Origin: Candidatus Bathyarchaeia archaeon
GTDB taxonomy: Archaea > Asgardarchaeota > Heimdallarchaeia > JABLTI01
DNA length: 32,000 nt
Assembly: GCA_035528035.1 (NCBI GenBank)
Contig: DATKZI010000037.1
Coordinates: 81,819 to 113,818, forward strand
Direction: 5' to 3'
In this document: one piece after another, positions 16,512-25,900 of the stretch
How the letters are laid out: each line of letters begins with the position of its first letter
How positions within the stretch are numbered: position 1 is the first letter of the stretch
The notes under the pieces: generated by a model
What the model was told of the DNA's origin: nothing
Databases searched by the model: none
What the model saw: the letters and a program-made list of their open reading frames with translations, nothing else
Translations under genes and position numbers: made by a program

Positions 16512-16705
16512 TTAAAGGATTTACTGACACAACCCAAACTTTTATTTTTCCATTCATTTTTGAAGAACCTAGTGCATGCAAGTGTTGCATGTCGAGTGAA
16601 AAAAATGTGAATAAAACCATCTAGGAATAAGTCTTAATAATAGCAAACATCTTGGTTGGTTTTCAAGTTTCAATATAAGTTAAATTCATTTGAAACTAGT
16701 AAGAG

Positions 16706-18841
16706 GTGTTGAAAATTAAAAAATATCCCGGCTTGAAATACTTATTCAAGCCACAGAGTATCGCAGTAATCGGTGCTTCAAAAAAACCTGGCAAAATTGG
16801 CTATGAAATAATGGATAACATAATATCCTATGGATTTAAAGGAGAACTCTATCCCATCAATCTCAGTGAAACAGAAATCCTTGGTAAAAAGGTTTACAAA
16901 ACAATAACCGAAGTTCCAGGAGAAATTGATTTCGCAGTTATTTCTGTACCAGCAAAATTCGTTCCTGAAGTTATGGAAGAATGTGGTCAGAAAGGCGTCA
17001 AAAGCGCTGCTGTAATTACTAGTGGCTTCGGAGAAGTTGGTGATTTTGAAACTGAAGAAAAATTAGTGGAGATAGCTGAAAAATACAATATGCCTTTTAT
17101 AGGACCAAATATTTTCGGAATATATTATGCTCCTACAAATCTAAATGCTTCTTTTGGTCCAGCGGATGTTAAACCAGGAAAATTAGCTTTTATTACACAA
17201 AGTGGAGCACTTGGTATTGCATTGATGGGTTGGACAATTACTAATAAGATCGGCTTATCATCAATAATTAGTGTTGGAAATAAGGCTCAAATAGGTGAAA
17301 GCGAACTACTTGAAAATTACCTCGAAAATGATCCAAACACTAAAGCGATTTTATTATATGTTGAAGGACTACATGATGGCAAAGCATCTATGGACATTTT
17401 CAAAAAAGTTGGCTTAAAGAAACCAATAATAGCTCTTAAATCTGGTCGTTCTGTTCGAGGGGCAGTTGCAGCAGCGAGTCACACAGGTAGCTTAGCAGGT
17501 TCAGATAAAGTATATTCAGCTGCTTTCAAACAAAGTGGTGTTCTAAGAGCTATAGATGCTTCTGAAGCTTTTGATTGGGCAAGATGTATTACAAATAATC
17601 CACGACCAAAAGGTCCTAACGCTCTTATCATAACAAATGGTGGTGGTGTGGGTGTTATGGCAACAGATGCTTGCGAGGATTACAATCTTGAATTATATAA
17701 TGATCAAGAGAAACTCAAAGAATTATTCTTCAAACCAGATATAATGCCATCTTATGGCTCTACCAAGAATCCTGTAGATATTACAGGTGGTGGTGGTGAA
17801 TTAGCTTACAAGAAAGCTATTGAAGCTGCTTTTGAAGCTGAAGAAATTGATTCCATTATAGTTCTTTATTGTCAAACTGCTACCACAAATCCTGATCTTC
17901 TAGCTGATTATATTATAGAAGTCGATAATAAATACAATAACAAGAAACCTTTTGTTGTTGCTAGCATTGGTGGCGAAGCTGTAGAAGAAATGGTTGATAA
18001 ATTAAATGAGCATGAAATCCCCACATACGATCTACCTGAAAAAGCTATTTCATCATTAAGTGCTTTATATCGCTGGTCTAATTTTGTTTCACGATATGAA
18101 AAAATAGGAAAATCTAAACCACTAAAATTACCATTAGAACAAATAAATGCTATAATTGCTCAAGTAAGAAAAGAGGGTAGAGTTCAAATGCTCGAGCATG
18201 AAGCAAAAGAGGTATTCAAATTATGCAATTTAGATGTTCCAGCATTTGGTTTAGCTAAAACGAAGAATGAAGCGATTCAACATGCAAAGAATGTTGGTTT
18301 TCCAGTTGTCATGAAAATTGTTTCTGAGGATATCATTCATAAAAGTGATGCTGGTGGTGTAGTAGTTAGCATTAAAGATACTAAAGAAGTAGAAGAAGCA
18401 TTTGATAAGATAATGAAGAATGCTAAAGCTTACAAATCTGATGCAAATATCAGAGGAATTTTAGTATCAAACATGGCTCCAAAAGCTACAGAAGTCATCA
18501 TCGGTGTAACAAAAGATCCTACTTTTGGTCCTACAGTAATGTTTGGATTGGGTGGTATCTATGTTGAAATACTCAAAGATGTAGTTTTCAGAGTTGCCCC
18601 ATTCCCTCTTGAAGATGCTCAAGATATGATTGATAGCATTAAAACTAGAGATATGCTTTATGGTGTAAGAGGACAAAAACCAGCAGATATTGAAGGATTG
18701 AAGAATGCCATTTATGTTATTAGCGAATTAGTTTCACAAATTGATGATATTAAGGAATTAGACATCAATCCATTATTTGCCATGGAAGACAAAGCTTGTG
18801 TTGTTGATGCAAGGATAACCTTAACAAGTAAAAAAGAGTGA
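16706..18841 (+). CDS. acd: acetyl-CoA synthetase (ADP-forming), fused alpha-beta form
   Basis: N-terminal CoA-binding segment PQSIAVIGAS. Phospho-histidine loop AAASHTGSLAGS. C-terminal ATP-grasp segment (VVMKIVSEDIIHKSDAGGV). The start codon is GTG at 16706 or TTG at 16709, overlapping or just after agaggtg. Confidence 0.85.
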   Translation: MLKIKKYPGLKYLFKPQSIAVIGASKKPGKIGYEIMDNIISYGFKGELYPINLSETEILGKKVYKTITEVPGEIDFAVISVPAKFVPEVMEECGQKGVKSAAVITSGFGEVGDFETEEKLVEIAEKYNMPFIGPNIFGIYYAPTNLNASFGPADVKPGKLAFITQSGALGIALMGWTITNKIGLSSIISVGNKAQIGESELLENYLENDPNTKAILLYVEGLHDGKASMDIFKKVGLKKPIIALKSGRSVRGAVAAASHTGSLAGSDKVYSAAFKQSGVLRAIDASEAFDWARCITNNPRPKGPNALIITNGGGVGVMATDACEDYNLELYNDQEKLKELFFKPDIMPSYGSTKNPVDITGGGGELAYKKAIEAAFEAEEIDSIIVLYCQTATTNPDLLADYIIEVDNKYNNKKPFVVASIGGEAVEEMVDKLNEHEIPTYDLPEKAISSLSALYRWSNFVSRYEKIGKSKPLKLPLEQINAIIAQVRKEGRVQMLEHEAKEVFKLCNLDVPAFGLAKTKNEAIQHAKNVGFPVVMKIVSEDIIHKSDAGGVVVSIKDTKEVEEAFDKIMKNAKAYKSDANIRGILVSNMAPKATEVIIGVTKDPTFGPTVMFGLGGIYVEILKDVVFRVAPFPLEDAQDMIDSIKTRDMLYGVRGQKPADIEGLKNAIYVISELVSQIDDIKELDINPLFAMEDKACVVDARITLTSKKE

Positions 18842-18877
18842 ATTCATTAGCACAATTCACTCCTTTTAATTTTTTTT
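18838..18877 (+). terminator. hairpin plus T7 tract at the end of acd
   Basis: gtgaatt (18838-18844) pairs with aattcac (18854-18860) around a 9-nt loop. The stem includes the TGA stop. It is followed by tccttttaattttttt, with T7 at 18871-18877. Confidence 0.5.
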
Positions 18878-18987
18878 CAAGGAAATAAATATTAAATCAT
18901 TTTAATTTTATCTCATTCATCTTAGATAAATTAAAAAATAGAGAAAATACAAGTCATCTTGGTAGATAGGTCAACAAGAAAGCACAG

Positions 18988-20178
18988 GTGAACAAAATTT
19001 CCTATAGTTTCTCTTATCATAATGGTCTTCAATTTAATTTTTCTAACAATAAAAAACTGCTTATAGATGGAAGCACAACAAAAATTTCTCCTAAAACAAC
19101 ATCCATTGTTAGTCATGCTCATTCTGATCATTTTTCTGTAATGAATTCAAATATTCCTACTTATGCAACACAAGAAACAATTGATTTGTATTTATGTCAA
19201 AAAACAGGTAATACTAGAGGAATATTTCATCCAATGAGATTTAATGAAAAGTTTGAGCTAGAAACTGATTTTGATGACCTTGAAGTAACTTTAGTATCTT
19301 CTGGTCATATATTAGGTTCTGCTTCAATTTTATTGGAATTAGCAGGGAAAAAAATCCTGTTTTCAAGTGATATTGGTGGAAAAGGATTATTAACTATTAA
19401 AGAACCATTAGCAAAACCCGAAGTTGATACGTTAATAGTTGAAGCAACATTTGGCTCACCTGAAATAAGTTTTCAACCTAGGGAAGAAATTTCTATGGAT
19501 ATTTTAAAATGGGCTGCTAATGCAATCAAAGAAAAAAGAAATGTTGTTATTTCTGCTGGAAGAATAGGTTCTGCTCAAGAGCTCATTAAACTTTTTAATG
19601 ATTTCACTAATTTACGAGTAATTACTCATGGAGATGTTTCTCCTCCATCTGAGGTATACAAAAAACATGATATAAATTTGGAATTCAAGGATTCAAAATC
19701 TGATGAAGGACGAGAAATTGTGAAAAGTGGAGAAGCAGTAATCATTCAATCTCGAGAAAGAAAAATTGTTCCTTATTTTTTGAGTGAACATATAAAATAC
19801 CGTAGTGCAATTGTTACTGGAATGGCTTCAAGGTTTAGCTATAAGGACTTTGATGCATCTTTCCCATTATCCTCACATGCAAGTTTCGATGAACTATTGG
19901 ACTATATTAGTAAAGTAACACCTAAAAAGGTCTTTACACTTTATGGTTTTGAAAAGAAATTAGCTAAAGCGATAAGTAATGAATTGCAAATACCTGCGAT
20001 ACCATTAAAAGATAAAAGTCTTGAAGAAGGATTAGAAAATCTGGTAGAAATACCTCATTTGAAGAAAACACAAAACATTAATCTTTTAACTGAAAAACCA
20101 TTATTACCCGAAGAACAACAAAAGAAACCTAGTCTTCAAAAAGATAAAACGCTAGATGATTTTTTTAGAAAGAGATAA
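18988..20178 (+). CDS. metallo-beta-lactamase fold, beta-CASP family nuclease
   Basis: MBL motifs LLIDGS, SHAHSDH (HxHxDH), SGHILGSA and FSSDIG. Then VEATFG and the beta-CASP insert (VVISAGRIGSAQELIKLF). Motif B is LSSHAS. The motif C position reads TLYGF, with Tyr where RNA-acting members have His. A low-complexity K/E/Q/P tail ends in KTLDDFFRKR. GTG start. Confidence 0.75.
   Translation: MNKISYSFSYHNGLQFNFSNNKKLLIDGSTTKISPKTTSIVSHAHSDHFSVMNSNIPTYATQETIDLYLCQKTGNTRGIFHPMRFNEKFELETDFDDLEVTLVSSGHILGSASILLELAGKKILFSSDIGGKGLLTIKEPLAKPEVDTLIVEATFGSPEISFQPREEISMDILKWAANAIKEKRNVVISAGRIGSAQELIKLFNDFTNLRVITHGDVSPPSEVYKKHDINLEFKDSKSDEGREIVKSGEAVIIQSRERKIVPYFLSEHIKYRSAIVTGMASRFSYKDFDASFPLSSHASFDELLDYISKVTPKKVFTLYGFEKKLAKAISNELQIPAIPLKDKSLEEGLENLVEIPHLKKTQNINLLTEKPLLPEEQQKKPSLQKDKTLDDFFRKR
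20137..20166 (+). other. PIP-box-like C-terminal motif (QKDKTLDDFF) in the beta-CASP nuclease
   Basis: L-x-x-F-F lies 3 residues from the C-terminus and follows a roughly 55-aa low-complexity linker. This matches the hydrophobic core of the PCNA-interacting peptide consensus Qxx[LIM]xx[FY][FY]. The Gln is at -5 rather than -3. Confidence 0.4.
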
Positions 20179-20197
20179 TTCATCGATGTGAAATATT

Positions 20198-20614
20198 GTG
20201 TCAAATTGTTTTGAGTTCGATCTACTTGCTATACAGCCAAGTCAACTATATATTAGTAAGAAAAAACTTGCAGCTGTTCAAGAAAAAATCAATCCTAAAA
20301 ATATTAATTCAATAGGGATTATTCCAATAAAGAAATTGGATGATGATATAATTTTTAGTGATGGTCATACTCGAGCATTTGCTGCATATTTAGCTGGTTA
20401 TAGAACAATCTTATGTGAAATGGAAACTGAAGAATTAGATTGGGAAATGTATAAGGAATGTGTCAAATGGTGTAAGGAGGAAAGAATTTTCTCTATAGCT
20501 GATTTTAAAACTCGTATTATTAGTCATCAAGATTATGAACAATTATGGTATAAACGATGTGAAATAATGCAAAATGAAATAATTGCTAAACGAGAAAAAT
20601 TGAAAGAAAAATAA
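20198..20614 (+). CDS. small ParB/sulfiredoxin-fold (ParB N-terminal-like) protein
   Basis: IQPSQLYISKKKL ... IIPIKKLDDDIIFSDGHTRAFAAYLAGY resembles the ParB-like nuclease/Srx signature (DGHHR..A....G). 138 aa. GTG start 19 nt after the nuclease stop, same strand. Confidence 0.5.
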   Translation: MSNCFEFDLLAIQPSQLYISKKKLAAVQEKINPKNINSIGIIPIKKLDDDIIFSDGHTRAFAAYLAGYRTILCEMETEELDWEMYKECVKWCKEERIFSIADFKTRIISHQDYEQLWYKRCEIMQNEIIAKREKLKEK

Positions 20615-20641
20615 TAACATACCAATAATTAGTTCCAAAAA

Positions 20642-21505
20642 TTATTTCTCTTTTGTTATATTGTCATATTTTATGTCTCTGGCTTTTACAACTTCTACAT
20701 CTCTAGTAGAACAACCATCTTCAATAATTTTAATCAAATCAGCGTTTAAACTATTACGATCAATTATAGCCCATTTTACTTTCTCAACTGTTTTATCGAT
20801 CATTTGTTCAACAATATTTATTGTTAGATTATTTTTATGATATTTAGGTAAAATATGACTGATAGCTACCGGTGTAAGATCCATGATTTCATTGAATCGC
20901 GTAGTATAATGACCCCCACCAAAACAAATACTAGGAATGATTTCTGGATTTTCTTTCTGTAAACATATATCCATAATTGTTTTAGCAACAGCCAATAATG
21001 CATTTGTGTTTTGATATTCTATTTCGGTACTTCCAACTTCAATATAAATTAAAGGCGTTTTCATACTTGTAGGACCATGATGAGTTGCCTCAACAGTTAC
21101 ATCAAAATCAGGTAATTCTAACTCATTCTGATATACTTTCAAATGTAAATAAGATTCTCTTATCGCACGACAAGAACCATATGCTAGTTCAAAGGGGTTT
21201 CCACCATGGCTATTATCAGCTCCTAAATTGCCTGTTACATGAGTTAAAAGACTTGGTTTATTAGCTTCACTTTTATGACGAGAACCAAATAATAATAGAT
21301 CAGCATTTAATTGGTCACAATGATCTGACTCAATAACATCTTTTCCTGAAAAAACTAATCTTATATTTTTATGTTTTAGAATAGGTGTTCCATCAAATAA
21401 TTCACCGGTCTCTTCCCAAACCCATCCTTGCAATAAAGTTTCCCTAATATTTCTACCACAAATATTTTGCTTTGTTGTAATTATTACTGGATTCTTAAGA
21501 TTCAA
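20642..21505 (-). CDS. dtdA: D-aminoacyl-tRNA deacylase, archaeal type (DTD2)
   Basis: FGSRHKSEANKPSLLTHVTGNLG, VEATHHGPT, IEVGSTE, FGGGHY and SHILPKY all match the DTD2 family as remembered from the Pyrococcus enzyme. TTG start in the track. Confidence 0.9.
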   Translation of the reverse strand: MNLKNPVIITTKQNICGRNIRETLLQGWVWEETGELFDGTPILKHKNIRLVFSGKDVIESDHCDQLNADLLLFGSRHKSEANKPSLLTHVTGNLGADNSHGGNPFELAYGSCRAIRESYLHLKVYQNELELPDFDVTVEATHHGPTSMKTPLIYIEVGSTEIEYQNTNALLAVAKTIMDICLQKENPEIIPSICFGGGHYTTRFNEIMDLTPVAISHILPKYHKNNLTINIVEQMIDKTVEKVKWAIIDRNSLNADLIKIIEDGCSTRDVEVVKARDIKYDNITKEK

Positions 21506-21601
21506 AAGTGGATCACCAAAGAATAACTATCTCAATTAAGCTCAAACAAATTACATGATAGATTTAATCTTAAAATTATTCATTGTAACTTAAAAGAAAA
21601 T

Positions 21602-21641
21602 AAAAAAAAATTAAAATTAGTGGGCTAAAAAGCACCACTAA
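21602..21641 (-). terminator. hairpin plus T9 tract downstream of argF
   Basis: 10-bp stem with one bulge: ttagtgggct (21617-21626), loop aaaa, agc-a-ccactaa (21631-21641). It starts 6 nt after the argF stop. On the minus strand it is followed by ttttaattttttttt (A9 at 21602-21610 on the plus strand). Confidence 0.55.
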
Positions 21642-21646
21642 AAAAT

Positions 21647-22588
21647 TCAGTCACCCATAAGGGCTAACATGACTGCTTTTTGTGCATGTTTTCGATTTTC
21701 AGCTTCATCAAAAACAACACTCTGTTTGCTATCAATTACATCATCAGTAACTTCATATCCTCTATGAGCTGGTAAGCAGTGGAGAAAGATAGCATCAGCT
21801 TTTGCATGTCCCATAAGTTTCTTATCAACACTAAAATCTTTGAAAGCCTTTAATCGTATTTCTTTCTGAGTCTCATCACCCATAGATATCCAAGTATCTG
21901 TATAAACTACATCAGCATTCTTTACTCCTGAAGGAATATCGCTGGTAATCTCTAATTTAGTTCCATGCTTTTTGGCAAGTTCTTGTACTTTTGTTGTAAT
22001 TTCTTTATTTGGTCGATAAATATCTGGGCAGACTACTGAAACATCCATACCCATTTTCGTACAACCGATCATTAAAGAATGGCAAACATTATTACCATCA
22101 CCAACGTAAACAAGTTTCAAACCTTTTAGTTTGCCTTTGTGCTCGCGAATAGTTTGAAGATCTGCTAGAATTTGACAAGGATGATAAAGGTTGCACAAAC
22201 CATTAATAACTGGTATAGTCGAAAATTCAGCGAGAGAGGTAAGAGTTTCGTGCTTATACACTCTAGCCATTATTCCTCCTAAATAGCGAGAAAGGACCTG
22301 AGCAGTATCAGCTGGGGTTTCCCCTGTACCCACAAGTTGGGTATCACGAAAGCTAAGGAAAAGTGGTTGTCCACCTAATTCCCAAATTCCAGTTTCAAAA
22401 GAAACTCTTGTACGGGTAGATGTTTTCTCAAACATCATTCCTAAACTCTTCTTGAGAGGCTTACGATCTGGATGTCCACCATATTTCTTGTACTCTTCTT
22501 TTAATTCATCTGCAAGATCCAGAAGATAAAGAATTTCTTCTGCAGTAAAATCTAGAAGAGTAAGTAAATGACGGCCTTTTAAGTTCAT
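21647..22588 (-). CDS. argF: ornithine carbamoyltransferase
   Basis: STRTRVSFE (carbamoyl-phosphate site), HPCQ, DTWISMG (ornithine site) and HCLPAHRG. ATG start with SD gagga 6-10 nt upstream. Confidence 0.9.
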   Translation of the reverse strand: MNLKGRHLLTLLDFTAEEILYLLDLADELKEEYKKYGGHPDRKPLKKSLGMMFEKTSTRTRVSFETGIWELGGQPLFLSFRDTQLVGTGETPADTAQVLSRYLGGIMARVYKHETLTSLAEFSTIPVINGLCNLYHPCQILADLQTIREHKGKLKGLKLVYVGDGNNVCHSLMIGCTKMGMDVSVVCPDIYRPNKEITTKVQELAKKHGTKLEITSDIPSGVKNADVVYTDTWISMGDETQKEIRLKAFKDFSVDKKLMGHAKADAIFLHCLPAHRGYEVTDDVIDSKQSVVFDEAENRKHAQKAVMLALMGD

Positions 22589-22958
22589 TATTTATTCCTC
22601 GTATCATTTTAGTTTCTAAACATAGCAAATAAATTATTGACACAATTCATTCACTAGTTTTTGAATTCTTTTCACTTGGGCCGACCGAGGAAAAGATAAA
22701 CTCGGGTTCATTTTTGTCAATGATAAGCTCTTTAATAAAATGTTCGTTTTAACCTAAAAATGGATTTTAACTATTTTTTGCTTCTCTTATTGTTTTTAGA
22801 GGTTAAACCAAACTCACAGAATAAATTAAATGTGTTTTCAAGGAAAAATTTTTAAGATATTATTCTCATAAATATTAGAAAGGGCTAATCCAAAGATTCT
22901 AAAATAAATAAACAATAACATATATCACTTAGGAAGAAATAACATAGGTAGACAAACT

Positions 22959-25900
22959 ATGAACATTAAAAGGAACCTAATACTAAATCTGAGTGTTTTA
23001 TTCATCTGTAGTATACTATTAAATATTTATATTTCTTATAATCAAATATCAGCTAATTCCAATTTACCAATTCAAAGTGACATTTATTCGACTAACGATA
23101 CAATAGATGATAAAACCATATTCAATATAAACCAACAGATTGATGGTTCCTACACGGAAGGATATACAACTAATTATGAAGATATAGGAAATTATGGTTT
23201 TGAAGCACCTGTACTCATCAAAGAAAGTCAACCTACATTAGATGCAAAAATAGCAGTAGATGGAAGTAATAATGCTCATATATTTTGGGTAGGAAAAACG
23301 GGGGATTATTGGATACTCTATCATGTAATGAGATTTTTTGAAAATGGTTCATGGAGTACCATTGATAACTTTGGAAAAACAGATAAAATTTTTAGCGGGG
23401 TACTTGATGTAGAAACAGACTTCTTGGGTAGAATTCACTTAGTTTGGCTTCTTAATAGTAATATATACTATATGTTGTATGATAATATATCTAAAACTTG
23501 GTCTAACAAAGTAATAGTCGGGTCTGGTTCAGATTTAGATCTCTCTGTAAATGAAAATGGTTTGCCAAGAATTAGTTTTATTAAAACTTTAGAATCATAC
23601 TACTATGTTTATAGATATGCAAGATTGAAAGATGATTTAGTAAATTGGGAAACAACTGATATTCCTATAGGAATTAGTACTTATGATACGAGGGCTAGAA
23701 ATTCAGCACTTTTAGTAACAGATGAAAACGGAAAAGAATGTACTTATTTCTTCTTTGGGATGACATTTCGTTCAGGTTCATATTCTCATACAGCCTATTA
23801 TGTTCGATATGCTATATCTTTGAAAGAAACTTATAATAGTCCTTTTACTATTAATAATAATTTTATTCAATATAATATCCCTTATGCTTTTAATGTCTTG
23901 CCAAAACCACAAATACTTGGATCAAATGATGACAATCTTCACTTATTTTATATTTTACCAGGAGATTCAGATACATTATATTTGACATATCAAAGAAGAA
24001 ATTCTGATAAAGAGTGGGAACCAGGGGAAACATTATCAGATAAAATTGCTTTGAATTGTGATACTGTGTCTGCTATAGATAATGCTACAGGAAAATTGAT
24101 CTATATGTGGACTCATACAACCTATATAACTGAAACAAAAGCAGCATTGTATCTGAAGACTTTTTCACCGGTAACAGAAACTTGGTCAGATGATATATTA
24201 TTTTTAAATAATTATAATTATACCCAATACCCCGATTTTGATCTTGATAATTATGGTAATATGCATATGATTTGGTTTGATCAAAAAGACGATACCAAAA
24301 GATTGTACTATAAAATGGGTTGGATAGACTCAGATGAAGATGGATTGTATGATTTTGAAGAAAGAGATATTTATGGAACTGATCCTTATAATTCCGATTG
24401 TGATGGTGATCAATTTTTAGATGGAGAAGAAATAGCTCTTGGATTTGATCCCTTTAATCCTGATGAAGATTCAGATGGTATGGGAGATGGTTTTGAGTAT
24501 CATTATGGATTAGATCCATATACAAATGATTCCTATGATGATCTAGATAATGATTTACTTCTTAACATCGAAGAATATTACGCTAATTCATTTCCAAATA
24601 ACAATGATTCAGATGATGATTTAGTATCAGATTATTTAGAGGTGAAAATTTATTATTCTGATCCAAGAGACACAGACTCAGATGACGATGATATTAATGA
24701 TGGAATAGAGATTCTTATTCTGAGCTCAAACCCCAATTCAAATGATTCTGATAATGATACAATGACTGATTGGTATGAATGGGAATATGGATTAAATATC
24801 AATGTTAATGATACACTTGAAGATCCAGATTTAGATGGACTGATCAATCTTCTGGAATTTGAAAATGATCTTGAACCAGATAATCCCGATTATGAAGGGG
24901 ACGGCCTAAATGACTATGAGGAAGTAGTAATTTGGTTCACTAATCCAAAGAAGTATGATACAGACAAAGATGGTCTATGGGATGGTCGTGATGAAGTGTA
25001 TAATTATGGTACCAACCCATTAAAACCTGATACAGATGATGATTTAATAAATGATAAAACCGAAATAGAAAAAGGGTTCGATCCATTAAACAATGATACA
25101 GATTATGATTCACTACCTGATGGTTACGAATGGATATTTCATTTAGACCCATTGGATCCCTCAGATGGTTTATTAGATAATGACCACGATGGACTAAATA
25201 ATTACGAAGAATTTTTATTATGGACAAATCCATTTTTGGTTGATTCCGATGGAGATAGATTTACTGATTTAGAGGAATTATCTTTAGGTTGTGATCCTGC
25301 AAAGTGGGATACAGACGGTGAAGGTATTGATGACTATAATGAGATTGTTGTACTTAAGACTAACGTTACGAATCCTGATACTGATTACGATTTGTTAAAT
25401 GATTATCTCGAGGTTCATAAATACAATTCAAACCCTCTCGTTCAAGACACAGATGGTGACGGTATTACTGATGGAATAGAAGTTTATACTTATGGAACAC
25501 ATCCAAGCTATCGTGATTCAGATCATGACGGTATAGATGATGATGTAGAGCTTTTTATATTTGGTTCTTCTCCAATCTTAGTGGATACAGATTTTGACGG
25601 CATGGATGATTATTTTGAATGGCTCTATGATCTTAATCCTGTAGTTGATGATTCTTATTTAGATGCCGATTCTGACGGTATTAGTAATGGCGAAGAATTT
25701 CTGTATAATGCAAATCCATTAATTAGTGATACTGATCAAGATGGTTTAACCGATTTTGAAGAAATAGCTATTTATTTTACCAAACCTAACTTGAAAGACA
25801 CAGATCAAGACGGGCTCACTGATTTTGATGAAATCGCAGTTTATCATACTGTCCCACTTGATTTAGACACCGATGATGATCGTATTTCTGATGGAGAGGA

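Noticed and set aside
16575-16591. A hairpin catgcaa-gtg-ttgcatg between rpl11 and acd, considered as a terminator or a ribosomal-protein binding mimic.
   Set aside because: The T-tracts lie upstream of it rather than downstream. It has a 7-bp stem and no flanking conservation that I can assess. It resembles no L1/L11 rRNA-site mimic that I can recognise.
21647-22588. Ornithine carbamoyltransferase as part of an arginine deiminase (catabolic, ATP-yielding) pathway.
   Set aside because: No arcA (arginine deiminase), arcC (carbamate kinase) or arcD gene is adjacent. The anabolic or catabolic role cannot be decided from this window.
22675-22716. A locally GC-rich patch (cttgggccgaccgagg ... ctcgggttcattttt) in the 370-bp argF / surface-protein intergenic region, considered as a small RNA or attenuator.
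   Set aside because: Only a 5-bp stem (ccgag/ctcgg) with an 11-nt loop can form. The patch is far too short for a tRNA. No C/D-box (RUGAUGA...CUGA) or other sRNA signature is nearby. This cannot be supported without expression data.
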